Shown here one piece after another: positions 21,817 through 31,589 of a stretch of 64,000 nucleotides of DNA. Each line of letters starts with the position of its first letter. Within the stretch, counting starts at the first letter, position 1. The position numbers and the translations under genes are program-made. The DNA comes from Pseudogymnoascus verrucosus (taxonomy: Eukaryota), in NCBI GenBank assembly GCA_001662655.1, contig KV460206.1; one strand, given 5' to 3'. The notes under the pieces are model-generated. The model was not told the DNA's origin. It saw only the letters and a program-made list of their open reading frames with translations, and made no database searches.

Positions 21817-23563
21817 ATGGCCGATGACGCGCCAGCCCCACCAGGAGGAGCACCAGCTCAAGGGGAAGGAGGAGGAGGAGGCGGAGGCGGAGGCGGAGGA
21901 GGAGCACCAACTCAGGGAGGAGGAGAAGGAGGAGTAGGAGCACCAGCTCAAGGAGGAGGAGGAGGAGGAGGAGCCCAAATTAACTCACATGCCCATCTGC
22001 ACGAGAGCGTCCGACAGATGAAGGAGAGCACACACACGCGCACTATAACCAAGGATGCCCTTGACGCTCATGTCAGTGGCATTGCCACCCCCATGAGTCG
22101 CCCACTTTCCCACCACAGTTTGGATTTAGATGATTACTTTGTGAGTTACCTTCTCTCGAGATACAGTCAAGGATATCTTGGACATGAGACAGCGCACCTA
22201 CTAATACCACACGTAGGTTGGCCCACGCGATCTCGATGGACATTCGAAGCTTCCATATTTCATGCGTATGCATGGCAGTGTTTTGCCGCGAATGATTATA
22301 CCTCTTTTCTGCATTGGAGCATGGGCCACCTTCATTACCTGCATCTGTGAATTTGTCACAAAGCGTACGACCCCCAAACGATACTTCCAGGTCAAGCTAA
22401 CCTTTAAACCTTTGCAGTCGGCGTTGACACTGTCCTTCTCACTGTTCTCGGTTTCGTTGTCGGACTTTCTCTCTCTTTCCGAAGTTCGACAGCTTACGAA
22501 CGGTATACTACTCACTATACTTACAATCCAAACAAAGCTGATAGTCGCCTAGTTATTCGGAAGGCCGCAAAACATGGTGTACACTCATGATCCAATGCCG
22601 AAACATCGCCCGCTATGTCTGGGTTCACGTCGAAGAGCGTGAAGGCGACCAGAGCAAGGAAGATCTCCTCCAAAAAATCACTGCGATGAACCTGGTCCTT
22701 GGTTTCGCCGTCGCAGTCAAGCATCGTCTTCGATTCGAACCGTACGCTCATTATGATGATATCGCAGGGCTCGTTTCCCACCTCGATACCTATGCCAAGG
22801 CTGCGTTCAAAGAAGAGCACTTGGAGAAGAAGAGAACGAGTACTTGGAAAGCGTTGGGTGAGAAGCTCGGCTTACCATTCGCGCTCTCAAACCCCAGAAA
22901 GGAAATGAAGCGATCGGATCGGCCTTTGGGTAATCTTCCTCTTGAAATTTTAGCCTACTTGAGCGCATACTTCGAGGAAGTTTCCACGAATGGTCAAATG
23001 AAGTCAGCCGTGATGGGGGGTCAATTCCGTAAGTAGCAATCTTCTTTACTCGCCATCGAATACTCACCCCCACAGTGACCGCCCTTGCTGGCATGACAGA
23101 CACCGCCGGCAACGCGGAACGTGTCCTTACAACCCCCCTCCCTGTCGGATACAACATCCTGATCTCCCAAATCGTTCTCCTCTACATTTTTCTGCTCCCA
23201 TTCCAGCTGTACGACAAGCTTAAATGGATCACAATCCCCGGCACCATTGCGGCCGCCTACATCATCCTCGGCATCGCGACGATTGGCGACGAGCTGGAGA
23301 ATCCCTTCGGCAATGACGTCAATGACCTCCCACTCGACCAGTACTGTGCCGAGTTGGGCCGGGAGCTAGATACCCTGATGAGCACGCCATGTCCGAAGTT
23401 CACTGACCACGTCGATCTCAACAAGCATCTCAACCAGCCGCTATGGCCTTTGAGCGCGAGCAGGTATCAGGAGTGGAGGGAGAGGAGCGAGACGGATATT
23501 CGCAGTGCGTTGAGGACTAAAGTTGTTGCGGGAAAGGGATCTGTGGGTAGTGTGTCTATGTGA
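21817..23563 (+). CDS. Bestrophin-like/UPF0187 membrane protein (putative anion channel); introns 22141-22216, 22365-22417, 22503-22552, 23029-23075
   Basis: Spliced motifs 'DDYF|VGPRDLDGHSKLPYFMRMHGSVLPRM', 'LLTVLGFVVGLSLSFRSSTAYER|YSEGRKTW', 'ERVLTTPLPVGY', 'IGDELENPFGNDVNDLPLD'. Gly-rich repetitive N-terminus. Confidence 0.88.
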
Positions 23564-25373
23564 GCTTGTTGTCCTTGATCTTATTGATATGCCCTTCGTA
23601 TTCTTTTAGCGGCCCAACTCCTGGTGAGTTCTCAAACATTTAGATAATGCGTACCACGATGCCTCACTAGCTTAACGTTCCTATTATATTGCAGGCTAGG
23701 TCCTCATTTAATGACATGCGCCTGCTGCTGCTGTTGGGGCTCTTCCATGGGTCGCTGGAAGTGTGGAGGGACCAGCGGATGTTGTTAGGGAGAGGTGGGA
23801 GTGGCGCAGGTCGCGAGTCATGCAGGTGCGGGACAGGAGCGGGCCGTCCGGAAGCGGAGCTGAAGAAGAGGTTTAAGGGTAAAATCAATGGTCGAGGGTT
23901 TGAGTGCTCGGTTTGCGCCTGCTGCCAGGAATTAGTTTCATATCATTGTAGCTGCCTACCCATTAACTCGCTGAACTGAAATAATGTCAAAATACAAGGT
24001 AAATGATGCATACCACAAGTTATATGGCGCTCGTGACAAGCTAAGCAAGCTTTTATAGTCTCCGTCCGTCTAGGTCTTAAAGTGTCCTTAATGTCTTAGT
24101 GTTCTTAATGTCTTAGCCCCCAACTTCAGTCTAGTCATGTCATCGTGTGAAGTACTCTCACTAACCATCGATTAGGTCAAAGAAGGAAGAGGTGAACGAA
24201 GGAAGGGAGGAAGAGGACAAGGAATGAAATGGAGAAAATAAGAGGGGAAGGAAAGAATAAGGAAAGGTAAGACAACGCCACAAACAAGTTACGAGCTGAG
24301 CTTCCTAGAGCTCAGCTGTGACTGAGTATGGTGGCTGCCAATAGGGAAAGCCACCAGCCAACCCGAGCCAACCGGGGGGATCTGGACAGTCCGTTAGAGA
24401 AATCCGGAATTTTTGGTGTGAAACACCACGGTATTCTCCAGGGAAAGTCCCGTTCATGATTGGACGCATTCCTGACGATAAGCTACGGCAGGACTGAATT
24501 ACACAGGAAAGGTTGTGAAACATATGCAGAATGAGAACCCAACCAGAACTCCCGCATTACAAAAGCAACAACGTTTGCGATTAGTCGAGATCTAACATCC
24601 GTGGGGCTTCAAATTTTAGTAACTTATCAACTGCGGGGTAATCAAAACCTCGCTGCCGCAAGCCGAGCAGTGCTAGATGCACAGGAAGGTATAACGACGG
24701 GCGAGGAGGTGAAATAAGACAAAGACAACTTATCTTGCTATAAATTAAACCAGAATTTGCAAACCAACGATGGAGCTTTATGCCCCTTGTGAGGGAATGT
24801 CCTTAGGACTGTACCTCGAACGTTAAATAATCACACATGCACACAACCCAATCTATCAATTAGATTCCGCAGATCTCTCCACTCATTCTCACCAATGAAA
24901 ACGGAAAGGCCAACTAGGTGGACAGCTTTTCCAGCGATTCTAGTATGTATTGCATTATTTTTCTAATCTGTGTCCATTTTGTACTTGCTGCCGCTGCAAG
25001 CAGACCAGATTAGCTTTTAAAGTATGTGTTACGGCCCAACCACCAAGTAGGCTCCTTGGTGGCTGGGTCAGACCATATATCGCCAGGGAGACAGGCAAAT
25101 CAGACAGAAATGGTGTGCAGTACAGATCGGCCTTCAAGGAACCTCACTAAGAGGCGGGCAAATCAGATGGAAAATGGTGCGACACACATGTTTGGAGGCG
25201 CTATTTGTGGAGGTCATTTGATGCTCGATAGTTACCCACACTATCAGTACAAGTGACGAAGAGGAGGTGATACATAAAGCTATACTGATACCAGCCTCTT
25301 CTAACTCCTCGTCCGCTTCTTTTGATTTTGCTTTATTGCTCCCTATTACAACACGAAGCCGAGGCTACTAACA

Positions 25374-27322
25374 ATGTTCTCTTTAGGTGTTTACCTCCAA
25401 GTCGCTGCGTCCCTAGCTGTGACCTTCGTCTCTTATTTTATTTGGACATATCTAACCTCCCCAAGTAAGCTTCAATTTGCTATGTTATTCCGTCAATACA
25501 CTACCTACTCTCTTAGAGTGACTTGGTTATCTTTGGTTGTCGTCAGTGCCTTCCGAGGCTCCCCCAGAGCATTGCGTTTAAAAAAAATTCACTAACTTTC
25601 ATCGAGTCAAAAACATACCTGGACCTTTCCTTGCAAAATGCACAAACTGGTGGCGATTTTTTAGCATATATAACAATCACTCGGTACAAACCCAACTCTC
25701 CCTCCACGATAAATACGGTTCCGCAGTGCAATTGGGTCCGAACCTTGTAAGTCTGAGCGACCCTAAGCTCCTTCGAACCCTTTACAATACCCGGGGCGAT
25801 TATCTCAAGGTGAGAACCCTTGCTAACCAAATTTCAAATTCGGTGTCTTACAAATTAGAGCAAATTCTATGATGTCAACTCCTCCAAAGTTGGCCACGAA
25901 ATCATATACAACGTCTTTTCAACAAGGAGCAATAAAGCACATGCTCACGCCATCAGACCTGTTCGGAAGCTCTTCAATCTCTCCTCCCTTCTAAAAACAG
26001 AACCACTTATTGACACAACCATTCAAACGCTCCTCTCCAAACTTGACTCCAACTTCGTTCTTGGCGAAAATTCCGGGAAGACGTGCAAGATGGACGACTG
26101 GCTTCCATTTTTCGCCTGGGATGTCATTGGCCGTTTGACATTTGGCGCGCCCATGGGCTACCTGGATAACGGTTGGGATTTCGATGGCTCTCAACGATCT
26201 GGAACAGAAACTTTCTTCTATTTCGCATGTGTTGGACAGATCCCTGAGCTGGACTACTTCCTGGCGAAGAACCCTGTGTGTCGCATTGGGCCACCCGCTT
26301 TCAATGGGCCGGCGATATTGTGTGCACAGCGAGTTGCTGAAAGACAGAAAGAGTTTGAAATTGAAGGAAAGGCCGATCATCAAGACATGCTTGAGGATTT
26401 CATGAGGATCAACAGAGAGGACCCCAGCATAATGGATGACAACGCTGTTGTAGGAGCACTCATTGTGAATGTTCTTGCCGGAGGAGATACAACTGGTATC
26501 CTACTCTGTGCTATCATCTATTACGTACTCAAGGACCAAGTTGTGTACAGGAAATTGATGGAAGAGCTCGATGCGGCGAATTTGACATGCCCTGTCAGCT
26601 ATGCGTCTACTGAAAAGTTGCCTTACTTTGATGCTGTGGTTAAGGAAGCTGCTCGTATGCATCCCGGTGTCGGCTTGATACTTGAGCGGGTTGTCCCTGC
26701 CGAGGGCCTCACGCTCTCAGATGGCAGGGTTCTTTCTCCAGGGACTGTCGTCGGTATGAATGCATGGGTGATCCATCAAAACAAGGAAATCTTTGGCGAC
26801 GACGCGGCGTCTTTTAACCCTGAACGCTGGCTGCGTGGTGAGGCAGAGACAGAGGAGGTTTGTGAATTTTCGTCATTGGTTTCCTGCTATCTCTTGAGAG
26901 CTGAGAATGCATTAAGAGTGCATCTATTGAAGACATCCTTACAGCTGTACACTCAATGCACTCCCGACATTCTCTCAGATCTTTAGAATTTTGTGAGAAA
27001 ATTATGCTAATTACTTAACCAGGGGTATCAGGCTCGGCTTAGCATGATGAAGAGTCATGATTTGACGTTTGGAGCTGGCAAGCGGGTCTGTATGGGCAGA
27101 AGCGTGAGTATTCTGGAGACATATAAGGTTATGACTACCTTGTTTTTGACGTATGAGGTGAGTCGTAAATTACTTGAATACTCTAGTTTTAAGGATTGAA
27201 TTAATGTTTATTAGATGAGTCTTGTGGATCCCAGCAAAGAATGGCACATTCTGTACTCTTGGTTTACGAAGCAGACTGGGATAGATGTGAAGCTTCGGAG
27301 AAGGAAAAGGATGGAGGTCTAG
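25374..27322 (+). CDS. Cytochrome P450 (pisatin demethylase-like); introns 25465-25606, 25810-25858, 26858-27022, 27158-27214
   Basis: N-terminal TM, 'IPGPFLAK', 'LHDKYGSAVQLGPN', I-helix 'AGGDTT', 'EAARMHP' (ExxR), 'FNPERW', heme motif 'FGAGKRVCMG'. The frame is continuous after splicing; intron 1 uses a rare GAG acceptor. Confidence 0.92.
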
Positions 27323-27515
27323 GTACGCTTTGTCAAATAGCACCACTACTCTAGTTAATACTGCCCTTCAATCGCTATGAATCTGCCTAGATTTGCCTTA
27401 CTTATGTTGGCCTCTACCAGCTACGATAATCCCCTTTTGCCCTGTAGTCATAATAGTATGGCGTTTTTATATTGGTTAGGATTAGTATTTATTCTACAGT
27501 GTGATAGTAACAAAC

Positions 27516-27576
27516 ACATACGACCATAGACTCAAGAGAGAAGGGAACCCCGTCCGCTCTGCCATACACAAGCTTG
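27516..27576 (+). pseudogene. 5S rRNA gene, 5' half only (truncated at ~nt 61)
   Basis: ACATACGACCATAGACTCAAGAGAGAAGGGAACCCCGTCCGCTCTGCCATACACAAGCTTG matches the filamentous-ascomycete 5S 5' end (ACATACGACCATA...CCCGTCCGCTC.GCC.TAC..AAGC). The expected ..TTAGTAGTT.GGTGGGTGACCAC..GCGAA..CTGTTGTATGT does not follow. Confidence 0.85.
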
Positions 27577-27899
27577 CGTAGCACCTAGACAATGGTCTCA
27601 ATTGTGCCAATGGGCATAGCGTATAATCTGAGCCCCTTGCCGCCGTAACGTCTATCACGGAGTCTTGAGCAAAAATTCGAGTCTCTTCCTACTATTTATA
27701 CTGGAATCATCGCCAGGAATATTGAAACTTTCAGTAAGACCAACGAGTTGCAGTCGATTGGCTTTCGCAGTGGTGTTTGGAACCCAGCTGTAATGCACGA
27801 TTGATTTTTTTTCTAGATAACTTATAGGAATAGCTTTGAGGCATGCCCTTTATTCATAACTACTTACACTCCTTCTGCTAACTTCCACAGGGCCCATAT

Positions 27900-28170
27900 C
27901 ATCTAGCAGCATGCGCTCTGCTCGTATGTGATCTTCTGCTGCGATGGCAGGGTATTCTGCGTGTACGGTCCATTGCTGTTGTTTCCAGTAGTGCGGATAG
28001 ACAGGATCTGCTTCCGAATGAATAAACGCGAACGCCGGGAGGCAATTCACAATAATGGCTGCATAGCGATGATTAGGCAAGTGATTGCAACGGATACTAG
28101 AAATCCAATGAATGATTTGACGTACCAACAAGACCTTCAATAGACGCATTACATGTATAATGTCAGGTGG
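27900..28170 (-). pseudogene. Relic of the last TM helix of a PTH11-like (fungal rhodopsin-domain) integral membrane protein
   Basis: Splicing intron 28125-28059 (GTACGT..CTAAT..CAG) gives ASIEGLV|AIIVNCLPAFA, resembling the W..IE..VAII..CLP signature. Just upstream are stops/frameshift (LTLYM*), and no N-terminal part is visible. Confidence 0.5.
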
Positions 28171-29145
28171 GTGGTTACACTATTAACTACCAGCGATCAA
28201 CGCAAGAGCAGTCCGAGCCTACTGTTGTATAACGCAAGCATTGGAAATTTCTAACAGCAGATGTACTATATAGTGTCGAATGGCCACATGGTCTTTTAAT
28301 TGCTAGATTTCCTTCAAAGCTCCGGATTGCGCCGCAATAACCCCGGTATGGTAAGCTTTTTTTATATCTGTCGGAATTACGCAGCATTGTCAGATTCTAA
28401 CTGGCTGGGTAAAGAGCGTGGCTGAATCGAAAGATCAAATTAATTCAAATGTAGTCGTGAGAGACAGGCACTTTGCTTGACCTATACTCGACCTTGCCAC
28501 ATCAATAGCCCCCTGCTACGCTACGCTACGTCTCGTAGTCATTTTGAAAACAAGGTGTATTTGTATGACCAATTTCATGGAGTAGGGGAGGCCGTGCTGT
28601 GTGGGGATGAAACACCTTGTATGTACTATTACCCCAGCCCCTGTGATGATTATATACTTATCGACTATTTTAACTATAAGTTAATGCTAGCTATGTCATC
28701 TTATTTATAACATTTCACATAAGTTGGGAGCTGGATGTGGATTTCAATGAACTTCACGGAAGTGCCGATAATTTATCTCCTCCTAAACGAGGCATTTTTT
28801 GGTTCGCATAGCTCCAACCAACAGGGCTAATATATATATATATATTAGCCTGTATGCAAGCCAATTCCTTCGCGTACGTTGCCTTGCACTGTTTGACTGC
28901 TGTGTCTACTATGTGGTCTCCGCGGCCGTGAACTAGACCACTTGCGACCACCTTAACCTAAATAAGACCTTACGACATCTCCATACGCATTCCGTCGCTG
29001 TTGATTATTTAGAGTACCTCTCTGGAATACCTTGCTAGTGGGTTATTGCTTATTCTTAAGAGCTATACATACCCACATTTTTGACATTCGTGTTTGTTAA
29101 TTGTGTCAATTGCTTTTCTTGTGTTAGATTTGCGCCATCGAAGTT

Positions 29146-30824
29146 ATGAAGTGGACTATCACAGCGTCGCTGCTCCTGGCAGCCTTCAGCCAGACTGTTG
29201 TATCTTACCAGCTCGATGCTGCTTCATTTAGCAGATGTACAATAGCGGTATGTAAATCCGCTTCATTTCGTACATTATAGCCCCAGAGTATTAACAGATC
29301 AAATTAAATAGTGCCGAGAGTTAGATCTGCTCCTAAGGGGCCGAGTCGCGCTACCTCAGAGCTCAACATACCTGCTCGAAGATTTCCAACACTGGTCCGC
29401 CCAGCAGTCCAGCCAACGACCAGCCTGTCGTGTAACCCCCAAATCTGCACTAGACGTCTCTATAACCTTGAAAACACTCAAGGGTAACAAGTGCAACTTT
29501 GCAGTCAAGAGCGGTGGACATGCTTCATTCGCCGGTGCATCTAATATCGACGGCAGCGGTGTGGCTATCGACCTGAGAGATCTTAACAAGTTGATTGTCT
29601 CACCCGATAGGAAGCAAACGTCCGTGGGCGCAGGAATGGTCTGGTCTTCCGTTTACATGGAGTTAGATGCTCATAATCTAAGTACAGTCGGAGGAAGATC
29701 AGGCGGAATTGGTGTAGGGGGATTGACCCTTGGAGGTGGGATTTCATTCTTCTCTGGTCGATATGGATTTGCTTGTGATAATGTCAACAATTACCAAGTA
29801 AGATACATTAAATATCCCTCTTAGGAGTTTTGGCTGTGCGTCTAACAACTGTCGTACAGGTTGTTTTCGCTGATGGATCTATCAACGACGTTAATAAGAA
29901 GTCCCACCCAGATCTCTTTTTTGCCCTTCGAGGAGGTGGCAATAACTTTGGCATTGTCACTCGATTTGATCTCGCTTCCTTTGAGCAGGGCAAGATGTGG
30001 GGTGGCCAGCTTGCTTATACACCCGACAACATGCTCGCACTGAATACAGCACTCTATAATTTCAATATCAACCACTACAAGGACCCGTACGGTGCTGTTA
30101 TCCTCGCCTACGTTTATATTCCAGCCCAAGATTTTTTCATTAGTAGCCTTGATCTCGAGTATGGCAAGCCCATTGCTGATGCGGCAATCCTGGCAAACTT
30201 CACGAAAATCCCCAGCATCCAGAGTTCGGCCCGTATCACCAACCTGACAGATCTTACGATTGAATTAAACGCAACACAACCATCTGGCTTAAGAGAGACA
30301 TTTTGGACGTTCACGGTTCGTAATGATATTCAAATCATGACGGATATCCAAGCCCTGTTTGCATCTCAAGTTCCCGTTATTGCAAACGCAAGTGGCCTCC
30401 TACCAGCTTTAGTCTTCCAACCTATCTCCACGGCCATAACATCACATTTCACCGCAAACGGTGGTAACGCTCTCGGAATAACTGACAAGGATGGTCCTCT
30501 TATCCGTATGTTCTCCTATCTCCATTTGACGGCAATCTAACAACAGCTCTTTCAGTAATCAACATCTCCATCGCATGGGCAGATATTAAGGATGATAACC
30601 GCATCATGAAATTCGCAGCCAATTTTATCGACAGCGGCGTCGCGCTCGCAAAAAGCCGAAAGCTGGATCACAGATATATCTATCAGAACTACGCTGCTGC
30701 ACAACAGGACGTTTTCCCTGGTTATGGTCCAACCAACAAGGCGCGACTGAACGCCATTCAAAAAAAATATGACCCAACGAACGTATTCACAAAGCTGCAG
30801 CCGGGGTACTTTAAGCTTCGTTAA
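29146..30824 (+). CDS. Secreted FAD-binding oxidoreductase (berberine-bridge-enzyme-like); introns 29248-29311, 29798-29859, 30506-30555
   Basis: Signal peptide MKWTITASLLLAAFSQTVVS; 'FAVKSGGHA' (covalent-FAD His), 'VGGRSGGIGVGGLTLGGG', 'DLFFALRGGGNNFGIVTRF', C-terminal 'YQNYA..KKYDPTNVF'. Confidence 0.92.
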
Positions 30825-30874
30825 ATAATACATGAATATACAAGACGATAGAATACATAGAGCAGTTATGGTTT

Positions 30875-31190
30875 TGCTATATGGATCACAAGCTTCGGCG
30901 TGTGCTGGGACTAGGTTTGAACCACCAAACTTTAATTGGCGTTGCCCACCCACTGTGAAGGGTGATCTATTTAGTTTTGGCTCTACAATTTATACGATAA
31001 TCACTAGCCAATACCCGTTTCAAGAGGTCTCAAGCGACGAGGTCATAGAACGTTATAAGGCCCACGAGTTTCCTGATGTGACAGGAATAATGTGTGGAGA
31101 GATAATCAGCCGGTGCTGGCGCTGCGAAGTTGATTCTGCTCAAGAGATATATGATTCTATTCAAGCAGAAATAGAGCTACCCTATAAGTC
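30875..31190 (+). pseudogene. 5'-truncated protein kinase fragment (C-lobe only)
   Basis: 'LYGSQASACAGTRFEPP..PTVKGDLFSFGSTIYTIITSQYPFQEVSSDEVIERYKAHEFPDVTGIMCGEIISRCW' corresponds to subdomains VIII-XI. No N-lobe, catalytic loop or DFG; it starts ~50 bp after the oxidoreductase stop. Confidence 0.65.
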
Positions 31191-31589
31191 CTACTATTCA
31201 GAGATATCGCCAATACTGACGACTGCTTTCCCAAGTCGAAAAGTAGATATCTAATGATATGCCCAACCTAAGTCGCGCTTGCATTAAGAGTAGATTTGAC
31301 TTTCCTCTCGGAGATGTGAGATGATAAGCAGAGACTTGTATATTCATCAGTTGTTACTGATGCCTATGTAGGGATAAGTAAGTCATCTCTCTGTTCATTA
31401 GGGTCATCTTTTTGCATACAGCAGGATAAAGGAGTCAAGGGCGCTCCTAGAGATCAATGGGAACATTTATCACATGGTTCTGGTATATAGAACTTCAATA
31501 CCTGGATTGACCAACATTTATAAACTGCAGTGCTTTGTACAGCAACTACCTCGACCCGCTTATAAGATATACAAACTATACACACTCAC

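Noticed and set aside
25640..25760. Apparent frameshift in P450 exon 2 suggested by the ORF track
   Set aside because: Reading CGA TTT TTT AGC ATA TAT keeps the frame (WWRFFSIYNNHSVQTQLSLHDKYG); the listed ORF is a different frame.
23600..31550. Intact Starship or other autonomous transposon
   Set aside because: No tyrosine-recombinase captain, transposase or reverse transcriptase ORF, and no clear terminal repeats; only a possible scar is reported.
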